The position numbers and the translations under genes are program-made. DNA of 64,000 nucleotides from Magallana gigas (taxonomy: Eukaryota). Positions within the stretch are counted from its first letter, which is position 1. Each line of letters begins with the position of its first letter. Of the stretch, positions 24,146 to 37,954 are shown piece after piece. The stretch lies in the NCBI RefSeq assembly GCF_963853765.1, contig NC_088857.1, positions 3,100,001 to 3,164,000 on the forward strand, written 5' to 3'. A model generated the notes under the pieces. It had not been told where the DNA came from, made no database searches, and was given only the letters and a program-made list of their open reading frames with translations.

Positions 24146-25248
24146 GGTTCCTCAATTTAATATATCCACAATAACCTTAAATAGAGAAAAAAACAATACA
24201 CATTACAGTTAATATTTCAATTGCATTACTTCATCAATGTACAGCTGTAGGACAACTATAAAATTAAACACATTTAATCAATTTAACCATCCTTGGTATC
24301 CTAATTTCACACACACACACACACACAATAACTCAAATATATTAACATCTATGTAAAACATAAGTAATGACATCTGTAAGTGCACCTGTAGAAAATGACT
24401 AAAAATTCTTTGGTGTAAATGACCATTGTTACTCGATTGCTTTTTTCTTGCATTGTTATAAATATGGTATATAAAATTGCAGTTGAGGAAGTTAAACAAT
24501 GCATATACAAAGGTTATCCACGGTATATAATTTATTGTCTTCTCCTTTCGTCTAAAGATGAAATGCAACTTCATCACATAAGCACGATGAAATATCAGTC
24601 ATGTTAGGGTTATCTTTACATGAATGAAACTTACGAAATTATATAAGTTTTTCCAATATCATGAGCTATAACAACGTATGCAAGCTATTGCTGCATACAA
24701 CCATGAAACTATTTCATGTTCACCACGGCGTTCCAGACGATAACTGCGTCCAATATGGCGTCACTTGTTGTTTCCCGCTTCAAATTCTTCCTTTCAAAAC
24801 TTGGCGTAAGAAAATAGTTCAAAACATTTATTACGTTTAAAATTACTTCAGGGAATCAAAATGATATAGAATACAATTTTCATATAATTTTATATATAAT
24901 TATTAATCGTTTTATGAGTGAAGCTTGAAATTTGCAGAAATAAGAGTTGCGCCAAAGTACCTGCATATCTTAGCGTATGAATTTTATTTGTTTATAAATA
25001 AATCAATTATTTGCTAAATCGTTCTTAGTTACCAATTAAGAATACTATGTTATTTCGTTAAATAGAGCATAGCAATTTTTTTCTTTTTTATTCAAACTAC
25101 AGATAAAAATTTCTAATGACGAGATATGATGATCATTTTTACATAAAGGTCAACCGAATATATAGTGAACGACATGTTTTCATCTTCCGTATTCCGACCC
25201 CGACCTTGTTACGACGAATCTGTATCGGACTGTTCGGTTCCACTTAAA
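24146..25248. promoter_or_regulatory. Probable bidirectional promoter region between RAD21 and the ABHD lipase
   Basis: Divergent start codons ~1.1 kb apart. A CpG-containing patch at 24720-24810 includes ccaatatggcgtcac. A possible minus-strand 5'UTR donor (cttac) lies at ~24630. Confidence 0.55.
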
Positions 25249-27942
25249 ATGGATGAGGACGAAACGTCTACCTCTTTCTTTGACAAGATTTCTAGTTTTT
25301 CAATTGTATTGTTCTTTGTGATTTCCTATCTTACGTACTATTTTCTCTTTGTTGTAAAGGTAAGTGAACGAGCTCCTTTCGGCTTCATGTCACAGATCTT
25401 CACCTATACTGGCTATAGCTACCCTATCATTATACACTGATACAGGTCCAGCACTATCTGTTGATTTAGCTATATAGCTTGAAATAGCTATAAAGCTAAC
25501 CAGAATAGCTTGATTTTTTCTTTAGTTTAAATGCTTTATAAACCAATTTTGACCTCATTTAATCAACCTTAAGATTTTTGCAGAAGATTTACTAATTTTC
25601 AAAATGATTAATTTAGAATTAGATGGAATTTACGGTACCTTTAAAGTATATCAACATCAAACATCACAGATGTAGGAAAATGTGTCTTAATGTTTTTAAT
25701 AATAAGGTTTTATTCTTTTTTTTCACCAGAAACCTCGTTTAGCATGCAGAGACAAAAAGTTTAGAAATTTCTTGTTGGACTACTGTCCCATACTCCATGA
25801 AAAATTCAAACCAACTATTTGGTGTTTTGAATCCAGAGCACAAACAATTGTCCGATCTATAATGAAGTCTTCTCCAAAAATAACTTATGAGAGGTAATCT
25901 ATTCTTTCATAAACAATAAACAGATTGATATTTGGTGTTGTGATTAACTGTTCATGTGAATTGAATCTTGAACTTTTGTTCTGATTTCAGTGAACTTGTT
26001 GTGCTTCCAGATGGGGGGCAGCTTCTGTTAGACTGGTTTGATAACAATGATTCTAAATTTAAAGATGTAAAAACTCGTCCGACGGTCCTCTTGTTACCAG
26101 GACTTACAGGTAAAATGTCTCAGGGACACATAAAACTGCACTTGACTTGTTAAACTACAGGCAAAATTAAGAATGTCAAGGATTAAATATGATTCTTTAC
26201 TAAAGGCCACCATTAAAGAAGGAAATACTTGTGATTTTTCAATTGAGTAATGTTTAGTGTTAGCTTATAAGAAAAAAGAAATAGTTATGCCACCCTTTAA
26301 ATACATATATTGGTAAATTCAACCAAAAACCCCAGGTAAACACAAAATAGATTATGAACAACAATTACATGACCTTATTTGATATACATCTGATGATCTA
26401 TGTCTGATTAGCCTTGTGACCATTGAATAAATAACTAACCTTGAAGGTGTAGATATCTATAGTGGCATCTTATCAACAGACTGAAAACAAATTGTTCAAA
26501 CAATGTCTTTATGATTGAGTACAGATTATTTTTTCAACGCAACTGAGTAGATTCTTTTGATGGGAAGAATTTAAAAGTATTTTCCATGATTTCCATGAAT
26601 TGAATTCTAAAAATCCATTGTTTTTTGGAAACATTTTTGAAGGGAGATTTCATTCAAAACTACCCTGATTCTAATTACCGTATGTCAAATATTTGTAGTA
26701 CCGGTAAATGTATCAGCTGAAAACAAGAAAAAAAGCCAAAATAAAGAGAATTGTTTAAACTTCTCAAATTCAAAATCATAAGCAAACTTACTATGTTGTC
26801 TTGCACATTAAATATTCTTGCAAAGTATCTAAATAGTAGATTTTATTATGTGTATTTTCAGGTATATGTCATTTTGACCTCTTTGCATCACAGTACAAGT
26901 TCATCCTTGTATCAATGCATTGTTACTACCTTAATATTTGTTCATTTGCCAAGATCCTGATTAATACACAGTTATATTGATTAAGTATCCTTAACAGAAC
27001 AAGCATTATGAGAGTATTGCATAAGCAATACACATCCCCTATCGGTTTGTATTATTCTATGAAAGCTTCGAAGCATACATCTATTTCAAAACTATTATAA
27101 ACGAGATGTTATGCTTTAATTAGAGATAAAAGAACAGAGGAAATTCAAACTACATAGTTGATATAGAAGTTAAATAAAAAATGGGTAAAATAATATTCTT
27201 AATTTCATCTCCTGTAATTTCACCAAGTCCAATAAATATTTGTTGGTCGAAATTTATGAAAACAATGCACTGTTATGCAGAATATCATTTTTTACCGTCT
27301 TCTGTACCCCGAATCAACAGACCAACCCAATAACAAACCCGAATGTAATAGTACAAAAACCCTGTCGATTAAATTTATAACACAATGCTTGACACTATTT
27401 TACAGAACTTATTTGTTTGTTAGAAACAATAAAGGAATGGTACTAGTAATGCACAATATTATTACTGACTGCATACTTTCCTCGTTCATTCAATACACAC
27501 CGAACCCGATAACGAACCTGAACATTAAAAAATTGGAATATAAAAAATTAATTTTCTCAAAAATATGTCAACCAGACGCTACAAAAGTGTAAACTTGATC
27601 TGTAGTTTGACATTTTGAAGCTGTTCAGAAAAGTTCATATTATTTCTCAAACACATAAGGAAAAGAGTGTGGAAAACTGAAGTCAGACAGACAGACAGAC
27701 GGACTGGCGAACGCAGAGGAAAGTTATAGTCCCCTCCGGTGAAATCGGTAGGGGACTAATAACAGTTCTTCTTTGTATTAATAGTGTTTATATTACTGTT
27801 TACATGTAATAAAGCTTTGTTATGGTCATCAGTGACCATGTTTCGTGATCTCATGATAGTATGTTTGTACCTTAGGGACCAGTAATGAGTCTTATATCAC
27901 ACACCTGGTTCATCAGGCGGCACAGCAGGGCTACAGGTAAGA

Positions 27943-28011
<69 letters not shown>

Positions 28012-30364
28012 GTCCTCCTCTGTTTTTGATTATTACATATTAAAACATATACCGGTAGTGTACTTCATTAAGACAAATACAAATGTCCATTAATTTCAAA
28101 GTACTGAATAAAATTTTATAGATCCATTACTGTGCTATTGTCAAGCAGCTCTAACAAATATTTGTACTTGGGAGAAAAGTTGTCCTTAACCAAAGGGTTT
28201 TTCAGGGTTGTATGATTCTGTGACTGACAAATTATTGTTGGTTTTTAGGTCTGTGGTGTTTCACAATAGAGGAATGGGTACCCAGTTACTGGTAAGTACA
28301 TGTATATAAAACTTGAATTATTGGTACCAATATAACAAATATCAACCCATGTCAACTGTATTTGTTTCTATAGCAATTCTGAAAAATCTAGATTGTATGA
28401 GTACATGCATTATGTTAACGATAAGATATAATTTGATGCTTATCACACATTGTGATATCAGTTTCAACATTTCTACACTGAGATACCAATATCTACACTG
28501 AGATACCGATACATGTATCTATACTGAGATACCAATATCTATACTGAGATACCAATATCTATACAGAGATACCAATATCTACACTGAGATACCAATATCT
28601 ACACTGAGATACCGATACATGTATCTATACTGAGATACCAATATCTAGACAGAGATACCAATATCTACACTGAGATACCAATATCTACACTGAAATATTA
28701 ATATCTACACTGAGATATCAATCCTTTCTTTAGACTCCCAAGACGTACTGTGCAGCTAATGTAGAGGACTTGACCTATGTGATAAACCTACTCAAGGATC
28801 GCTTCCCGGAGGCTCCATTTATTGGAGCAGGAATAAGCCTGGGGGGGTAGGTGTAACAGTCTGGTTAGCAGTGACCTTGACTTCAAGACATCAATTTCAG
28901 CAGAGAAATTCTTTACATGCTCTAGACATTTAGTTTGATGATGTCACTTATCGTTCATAATTTACCAACTGAAGTAGGCTTTACAGGACAAAATTATTAT
29001 TATTGTATTGCCTCTGAAACCATCAATTTCTACATACCTTTCTATGTTTTTTTTTAATTAGATTCTCGGTTTATGATTTGATAACAAGAGGTTGATCTTT
29101 TTGTAGGATGATGTTATTTAACTACCTTGCCAAGCTGGGAGACCAGTGTAGACTGGAGGCTGGTATGTGTATCTCTGTGGCCTGGAATGTGTTTGAGTCG
29201 GTTTTGGAGATAGAGAAACCAGGCCTGAACCGACACGTGCTGAACCGAACTCTGGCCAAGGGTCTGGTTAGTCATGTCAAGAAGTAAGGACATTCTGGTG
29301 TTTTTATATTATATCAGATTTAAGGGAAATATCTGTTTAACTACTAACACGATTTGTGGAAACCCACTGTACCTCTGACACATACCGTACCTTTTATTTT
29401 GCATTTGCTATAAATCCAGGCATTTCATTCTCTTTTTGCAGTAACATGGCTCTCTTTGACCAGCATTTGGATGACATTGATGATGTTTTGAAGGTAAAAA
29501 TAAACCCTGATTTCATTGATTTGAACTGATGTCCAGAAATAAGATAGTATTGTGTTGTATGATCTGACTCTTATGGTTATTTGTTACAGTCTTCCACCAT
29601 TCGTGAGTTTGACTCCAGGTTCACAGCCAAAATGTTTGGGTACTCATCGTGTGACGATTACTACCATGCTGCCACGCTTCACAACAAGATCCACGCCCTC
29701 AGGGTGCCTGTCCTGGTCCTCAGCGCTGAAGATGACCCCTTCTCTCCCTCTCATGGTCAGTCAAACAATACAAAATCCAGAAAATATAGGGAATAAAAAT
29801 TGAAACATTTAACCCTCCTCACACTGGTCTATATTTTACATTTCTATCATCATTTTATTACTCTTCTTGTCCAAAGTTTGACTTTTCAGTAACAGAATAG
29901 TGAATTTTGGAGTATTTAGTGACTTTCCATTTTAACAAGATACACCGTATAAACATTTCTTGGAATAAAATTTAGAAAACTGTCTGCTGTTTGATAACTG
30001 TGTTATATGACTGATAATTACTGTGTCATTGAACCGTAAGCATGTCATGAGACTGAATTAAAAACTTCTTTAACTGTATTCATAACATCAAGAAAACTAA
30101 AAGCAGTATAAATATTTAAAGCAGTGGAAGGATTTCTTTCAATTCTATTTGATCAGTTGAATATTTATTTGTTTGTATATAGCCATACCAGCAGAGGAAG
30201 CTGAGCAGAATGACAACATCGCCATAGTAATCACCTCTCACGGGGGCCATATTGGATTCATGGAGGGGCTGTTCCCACGGCACGAGGGCTACATGGACCG
30301 CCTGTTCGCTCAGTATGTCAAGGCTGTGTTTACTCACGGTCCCCAGCACCTCAAACAGGACTGA
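25249..30364 (+). CDS. ABHD3: Alpha/beta hydrolase domain-containing protein 3/1-like phospholipase, 395 aa, 10 exons
   Basis: Exons 25249-25359, 25730-25893, 25991-26109, 27876-27936, 28249-28291, 28734-28846, 29107-29283, 29442-29493, 29590-29755 and 30183-30364 (1188 nt, phases consistent). N-terminal TM; motifs LPDGGQLLLDW, LLPGLTG, GISLGG (Ser), SAEDDP (Asp), GGHIGF (His). An in-frame upstream ATG at 25174 is possible. Confidence 0.93.
27590..27760 (+). mobile_element. 3' end of a HINE/Helentron-like element (GACA microsatellite plus terminal hairpin)
   Basis: (gaca)n at ~27684-27702, then tagtcccct-ccggtgaaatcggt-aggggacta (stem 27727-27735 / 27750-27758) and ataa. Confidence 0.65.
27950..28012. 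repeat. (CT)n microsatellite just downstream of ABHD exon 4
   Basis: Read directly; one GT interruption. Confidence 0.95.
28485..28720. repeat. 20-bp tandem repeat (gagataccaatatctacact) with a recurring 26-bp variant
   Basis: About 11 units ending just upstream of the exon 6 acceptor (28733). Variant gagataccgatacatgtatctatact occurs at ~28500 and ~28606. Confidence 0.9.
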
Positions 30365-31399
30365 CTGGTCACCAACCATGGCACAATAATCTGGGGCATT
30401 GATTGACCTAATTAATCTGTCAACGTGTTCAGTTAGGTAACTCACTTTAGGAATGTCTCATCCAATGGGTAGAATTTCTAAAAAAATTTACAATCTCACA
30501 AAATGGTCTGTACAGACATAATCCTGTTAATCACTGAGTATAGTTGATTCTGCTATAACAAATGCTTTACAAATATTAGCTCTTCCTAGGACTGTTATAG
30601 TGTTCTTGACCTAATAACTTTATGATTGATATTTCTGTTATGATCAAAGCTCAAGCTGTGTTCATTAGGAGTTTTACAGTTATGAAATAATGCCAGTAGC
30701 TCTCTTACCTGTAGATGGCTTGTGAGTGGGGGTCCAGAGCCCCAACCAAACACTCTAAAACTTAGACCATGATGTAAATTTGTAGTCAGTGGGGGTTAGT
30801 ACACTTAACAAACATTTTTCATGTTGGACATGGAAACATTTACTATATATTTAATATTTTTTTCTGGTGAAGAGTTGAGTCTGAAAAAGTTCAGTAAACC
30901 TAAAGATTGGCCTAAGGCTTCAAAGCTGACATGAATTCATAAAGATGCATTATTCCTCCAACTTCTACTATTTCCTGATGTACATGTAGTTCTGAACTTG
31001 TATTGGTTCACGTATTGCTAGACACCTGATATGTGGTGATCTAATTATGAAATAAGGACGTGTATTGTTATTGTAAATTTACCATGAAAATGATTAGAAA
31101 GCTTTTAGACTGTTATATACCAGTAATCAAATTTTACAAATATTTGAACAAAATCTGTTTTATACACACTTGTATAACCATAGTGATTAGGTGTGCATGT
31201 ATGACGTGTTTGATAATAGTTAATCCCGAGACTAAAAGTATATGTCTGTTTGGTGATATAGGACCATTGTTGCAAGTACTGTATTGTATCAAATGAAACG
31301 GAATCATCCAGGTATGTCTCCTTCATAATAAGTGTAACACCATAACTTGACAGCGTATATTCTTATTATCTAATTATTATAATTATATACAAACCTCAT

Positions 31400-31746
31400 T
31401 TAGTATATTTCAGGATGTATTTACATTTTTCAGTGTCTTTGTTTGTGATAACTCTACGTATTGATTTTGTACTATATAACCCATTACTTCGTATAATTGG
31501 GGCGCCAGCGGGGTTTGCTTATTTATATTTAGATTTTTAATCGTACAATGGCTTAAAATTATATAAAAACATTTATAAGTAATAAGGAATCATTCTTTGA
31601 AAAGTTTGAATATTGTGAGGTGATGATTTCGGTTCGGGTGTAATAAAATCTATCATAAAGCCCTTCGGGCTTTATTGGATTTGATCACACCCCGACCGAA
31701 ATTATCACCTCATAATATTCAAAGAATGATTCCTTATTCCTTAAAT
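31400..31746 (+). mobile_element. Element ending in a ~170-bp full palindrome (foldback), copy 1
   Basis: aataaggaatcattctttgaa...ataaagccc-ttc-gggctttat...ttcaaagaatgattccttatt (31581-31738). The 5' extension is shared with the 33080 copy. Confidence 0.8.
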
Positions 31747-33079
31747 AGTTGTGATATCTCTGTGATATTTGAGCCTAGGGTAATGAAAGTTAAACTTTCC
31801 TAGTGGTACAATGTAACAGTTGACCAAGGTAAGACCCAGGAACTTAAACAGATATAGGGCTCCAGTTTTAATATTAACTCTCCTAAAGACTATCTTGACC
31901 ATATGGCAATCTTCATTATAATGGCAATGAAACTTTTTTTGTGTGTGTGTGAACTGTAATTTTGTCTTTACTTGGAATGATCTGGGGTTGGGCACACTTC
32001 AATTTTGACAAGTAATTTGTCTTAATTCATATTCAGCTGTTTTGTTGCAATTTATTGATAAATATGTGTATATGTAATGTCTTTATCTAGTGGGACACCT
32101 TGCACTGTCTGTAACTGTACTACATGTTCTGATTGTATACCAGATATTTATTATGTTGCACCAAAGATGCCTCTCTGTGGAAATCAATATTTACATTCAA
32201 CCCATGCATGCACTGTTACATTTACACATATATTCCCTTTGTTGTGATTGTTTTTTCCTCTACCTCAATATACAGACACGTTTGAGCTTTACAAATTTAG
32301 AGATTTTTATATAATGGCCATCTATGACACGGCACCTCATCATCCTTCACTCAAGAATGACGGACACATAAAAATGTCTCTGGACCACCTTGTACATCAA
32401 ATCCAACGCTGTTGAAACTAGTCATGTTCTGTAAATCCCTTTTAATTTGTAAAGAACTTTTTTACGTCTATGGATTTGTGAGACTCCAAACCATCTGAGT
32501 TCTCAATCATAAATATTAAAATGCAAGAACAGGTAGATATTTTGATCAATGATAAATTACCATTTCCATATGTATCACTAATAAATAAATTGCTGTTTTC
32601 ATGCAGCAATTTTTTTATGGAAAAATAAAAGGGATCTGCAGTAGTATTGCTTAGGAATATTGAGAATTTCCAGAGTTGTTTCCCTTTCTGTTTGTCACAA
32701 TGTCTCCATTGAATTATAAGGTTTACATCAGTCGTGATATCTTTTGAAAAAGCTGGAGTAGATGTTAAAGTAGGTCAAAATCTGCTATTATGCTATGTAT
32801 TGCTGAGACAATTTTCTTCAAATGGATCTATGATATGCCAAAAAAATTTGATATTGGGCCACCTTTATAATGCTCTCCCCATACGAACTAACGAAAAGGT
32901 ACCCTGCTCAGTCTGATCTTTTTTCGTATTTTATTTGAGTAACTTAAAAAAAAATGTTACCAGGTACATACAAAATTTCAAAACTGTATCGTTTTTACAT
33001 TTGAAGCTAATCAAGGTGTAATACTTCCAATATCCCAAGTGCTCGAGATATTTACAAATTGAAATAAGTAAAATGTATG

Positions 33080-33396
33080 TGTATAACACATATATGTATT
33101 TTTTACATTTTCCAGTGTGTTTGTTTGAGATAAAACTACGAATCGATTTTGTAATGTATAATCCAAAACATTTCATCAATGACTATTTTATATATATAAT
33201 TGTACAATTGCTGAAAATTATGTAAATATAAGAACAGGGTAATAAGGAATCATTCTTTGAATATTATGAAGTGATCAAATACAGTCGGGCATTATCAAAT
33301 CTATCATAAAGCCCTTCATGCTTTTTTAGATTTGATCACTTCCAACCATATTTGATCACCTCAAAATACTCAAAGAATGATTCATTATTCCTTAAA
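33080..33396 (+). mobile_element. Diverged second copy of the same palindromic element
   Basis: Same 5' extension (tttacattt..cagtgt.tttgtttg.gataa) and taataaggaatcattctttgaa...caaagaatgattcattattccttaaata. Confidence 0.75.
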
Positions 33397-33830
33397 TAGT
33401 GTATAAAGAGTTATATAGGTTAAGTTGTATCTGTATTACTAGTAACTCTGATTTGAATGATTTGAGATGTTTGGTAGTTTTTTGAACACAATGTTTTATA
33501 TTGGTGCTTTGTTTTATTTTGTCATAGATTCTATCTTTGTTTGGATGTCAATGTATTTTGATTATTTATTAATTGATGCATATATAGCACATTAAATCTT
33601 GCCAGTTACAGACTTCCGTGTTCTACCAGGTGAAGTGAATCTTGTTTTACAAATCCGTGCATTGAAGTCTTCCATGGCTTACATGCAAGTCCTCACTACC
33701 AGATGTTTTGACCATCGGTTCCCAATTTATAAACAAGACAATATATATTGTATTCTGTTTGAATACCTCTCTGTGTTTGCAAACTTGAAGTCACAATTAG
33801 TTTGTAAGATATGACCCAATTACAATTTTA

Positions 33831-33944
33831 CACAGGCACCTGTCATTATATATTCGTCATAAAAAAAGTATTCCCTCTACCTAATATTAGGTAGAGGGTA
33901 TATATTTCTATTACGAGAAAAATATATAACATTGGGTACCGGTG
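33831..33944. mobile_element. Short palindromic MITE, cacaggcacc terminus
   Basis: Central stem ccctctacc-taatatta-ggtagaggg. Related to 60882-61027. Confidence 0.6.
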
Positions 33945-35058
33945 CAATTTTACTTTGAATATAACCAAAAATGCCTCCTTTTGGATCACAGCACAATTTC
34001 CACCCAAGATCCACCAGCTGAGCAGTTGTTATGGCTCTTACCTTAATACAATCTTATTAAAAAGACAGGGACATGTATATAAAAGCTGCAGATGACAATA
34101 TGTTTAATTACACTTTTATTGATATAAAACTTTAATGATTAAAAGAAAACATTCCATTCATACAAGAGTTAGTTCATTACATCATACAATTTCAGACCCC
34201 AAGAATTGAGTAAGCTTTGAGTTTATTATGTAAAACAGAGGGTTGGATTTTGAGTTGGCACGGTCATTTGCAGGACAATGTAAGCAGACTGAGTGAGGCT
34301 TATTGTACAAGTCTAAGAGAAACAAAGGCGGTGTCTAAAACAAAGGCAGAATTTAATCAGCAGTTGTGGACTGGACTGGACCAGAAAGAAAACTTCACAA
34401 AAAAACTCGCTCAGCAAGATGATAATAACTAGCACATATATTTAAATTTCAAAAGCAATGAAAGAAAAACAAGGCAAAAGACAAAAAACTTTGAAGAGCT
34501 TGGAAAATGCAAATATGGGCAAAAATATACACTCCAGAACAGTTAGGCCATAATTACATGTATACAGAAAAGCTGGGAACAAATGCATGAACTAAATTGA
34601 AGCATTTCAGTCTGTCAAGACACAAGTTATATGATAAAAACAATGGTGTATCTTTTTACAGAATAGTGGGAGATTCATGTACATGTTATAAACAAAGTTA
34701 TAGACTGAATTCTGATTTACAAGTTTTGCTTGAGGTAGAGTCATGCCACTCGCTCAGTTCAACATGATATATCTAGAATAAGTCAAAAATTCTACTGTTG
34801 TTGATAGAATCTCAAAGAAATGAAACCATATCTAGATAACTGGCCCCATTTGACACTGGGGAATTACACACTATAGCAATTATAAACTTTATCATATTGC
34901 ACTCAGTGCATAACAATAAGTACAAAATAAATTCTTTAAAAATATAAATGGAAGAATATAAAATATATGTAAAACAATGGACAACGGTTATAGTATCACA
35001 GATTTACAATATTTATATTTTATCAGCAGTAAAGGAACCACCCTACAAAAAATCAACA

Positions 35059-37705
35059 TCAGTAACACACCATCTCACTACCCAGCTTCCGCTTTCGCTG
35101 ACCACCAAAAAACTGGTGCTCTAGTTTCTGCATTTTGATCCCTAGTTCCGACTTGACCTTGTTGCCATAGTTACCGGAGTTGGTGTTTGGGACGGCGTTG
35201 GAGTACATGTTGACATCTTCCGGAAGTTCTTCCCGGGGCTTGGGATTTCCCTAAATCGTGAAATACGAATGAATTAATATTTGGTACAATTATTTCTTTT
35301 ACAAGTTAATTTGAATATTTTAAACCAATTTTCGTTATAATTTTAGTACATGTTGTTGTGTTATGCCGTGTTAATACAGCATCACCGTCAATCATGCAAA
35401 TTCTACAACCAGCGGATTCAACGGACTCGAAAGAGAGAAACTGAACGCATGGAGCCGTAAGCAGTCGGGGGGTCTGGTTTATATTAATCCTAATTGCTGT
35501 GTGATTATTGGTTTGAAACTATTTTATTGAAATTTTTCAAATGGACCAGAAACAAGTTCCTACAACTTACAAGTTGCTCTCCTTATATAACAATATTGTT
35601 GTGGTTATTGTAAACAACTATAACTATGATAACTATTGCGGGTCTTGGGTCCCCAATGATTAAGAAAAACCCCACACACACACAGCCTCAGTAAGCTATG
35701 CGTACGGAACTTATAATTTTTAATAAAACATTATGTCAGGTTAAAATAAGCATAATTAGTATATGCAAAACGCAAACCAAATTCACGAATTTATCAAACT
35801 CGTTTATCAATACAACCTAGACTGGTTATGGTTTATTGTTATTAAAGTTACTCAATTTCAATCCAACCCCGAAAATGAATTTTTTTTGCAAATGCTCTGA
35901 TAAGAAACTTCCATTATTCAACAATAAACACAAGTTTTCTTGTACTCGCCACTCGATCCATGGTTGTGATTTTATTTTCATGCTCAACTTAATATGATAA
36001 ATTAAAACAAAAGTCCCCAGCCTCTCCCATCATTTCAGGCTCGTTGCAGTTTACACATTTTTTTTTATCATGGGCGTTTTATTTTTTGAACCTTCTTTCA
36101 ATCATTGCATTTTAAAAATACAAACCATATCAAAAACACGATAATGATGTGGGCAAAATTCAACTTATATTTAGAGATGATACTAAAACTTGCAGCTCCT
36201 TCACCAAATCTCTCCGAGATTATCAGATTAAACAATAACAGATTATAAGCTTTCGCCACCACAAAAAATATTTATTTTGCACACCAAATCAGTTACCATA
36301 GTAAATCCGGGATTGGTTTTCTGTAACAGAGACATACAATACAAATATACTATCAAACCGAAGTATCAGTACAAACTGCTTTTTGTTGTCATTTACCAGT
36401 CCTCTTATGGCGCAACACTGCCTCGTAAACTCATTCAAAATTGTAATTGAAATGCACACAATTTTCACCATTATTATGACGTAAATCATCATGAACAATT
36501 GTAATTGATTTCCTGTCAGTAAGAGTTATATCCCGTAGCACCGTCACATTGTACCGTAATGATTGTTAATTGGTTGAATGTTTCCTACCTTAGAATCAAA
36601 TTCTGTTAAGAAGCCCCAGTTTCCTTCCCTACAAAATGAAAAAGATAGCATTTATAAAATCTATATACCCACTAAACCAGTATATCGCAACCAAAGCTTG
36701 GTACTGCACATCATATAATATATCTTGGTTGTGGTGTGAATAGGCTTAGGGTTATCCCTAAAGAAAGTATTGACTTTAAAAATATATAATTTTCATACAT
36801 GTATAAAATAGATAGATCGTGTGTAAATAACAAGTATTGTAAGGTGTTTCTTTTTTCAGATATTGTTTTTTAAAGTACTGTAATATATACACCTAAAATA
36901 AGTATTTTTTAGGGGGGGGGGGAGGCAATGATAAAATCAAAACAAATTGGACTGTGCAATCCCTTGTCAGAATGATATAAGCATATGTATTCGGTTTGGC
37001 CACGATATTACCACTAATTTAACGTTTGCTTTATGCCATACCTTAAGTTAAAGTAGTATTTTAAAGAATTTTTATTTTACTTCAAAAACCTGCTAGTATG
37101 ATAAGTCTGCATGTAACTTACTCTTTTATAATAGATAAGATTTTTTAAAAAAATTCATTATTTTTTTTGTCAGAAGAAAGATTTCTCTTCTAAGGAATAT
37201 TTAGCAGATCAATTTTTGTACAAGATAACAATAATTCAATTTTGCTCCATAGCTGCTTTTCCCAAAAAAATATGGCTAACAGAAATAAAAAAAAAAACCA
37301 TGATATTGTTTGTCATTTTAGAAGGAAATGACATTTTCGTAAAAACAATTTTCAACAAGAAAATAGCAGCTCATATTGTTTAACTCTTACAATGGTGTTG
37401 AACATCTTGAACCGTATGCCATACATCATGAACTAAGTATGTTTAATTTGAAGAATTAAGCATGACTGTTATAAATACCAGTTTTTAAGGCACATGCCCT
37501 CTTTGCCCACGCTCTGTTTCCAGATCCGGTCCTGGGTGACGGCGTCACAGCTGGAGTAGTCCCCCTCCTTGTGCGCCTTCTCTGTCGTCTGTGTGGTCTG
37601 CTGTCTCCTCTCGGGTGGGATACAGTTGTCATGGTACTGGCTGGTGAAACCATTGGGAAAAAAGCAAACCAGGTTATATTTCTTAGAAACAGACTTCCAC
37701 AGCAT
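35059..37705 (-). CDS. C2orf50: C2orf50-like protein (family linked to ciliary microtubule inner proteins), 152 aa, 3 exons
   Basis: Exons 37705-37479, 36628-36589 and 35250-35059 (459 nt; phases 2,0). CDAVTQDRIWKQSVGKEGMCLKNWEGNWGFLTEFDSKGNPKPREELPEDVNMYSNAVPNTNSGNYG...FFGGQRKRKL aligns by eye with human C2orf50 as recalled (CDGVQQDQLW...W.[22 protein letters not shown]...FSDTVP...RKKKL). Confidence 0.85.
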
Positions 37706-37925
37706 TTTACAACCAGTTAAAGAAAGCTAAATGGATATGATATCTTATTCCGATCGCAAGCGACGGCCTGCAACTAATTCCACTGCCTGCCAAGGACTAT
37801 GAATTGCCCTTTTTTCTGCTTTCCGCACTTGAGCCCTTGAGTAAATTGTTTAGCTTTCACACCGTGACCAAATTATTTAGTCAGGGTGACTGCAACAAGA
37901 TGCATCTGTCATCTAACTGACGGAC

Positions 37926-37954
37926 GTAACTATGACGACGTTTCCGTTACGTCA
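37926..37954. promoter_or_regulatory. X-box (RFX)-like motif and CRE-like site upstream of C2orf50
   Basis: GTAACTATGACGAC has 1 mismatch to GTHNYYATRRNAAC and lies ~220 bp upstream of the ATG, next to ttacgtca. A full TGACGTCA is at 38141. Confidence 0.35.
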
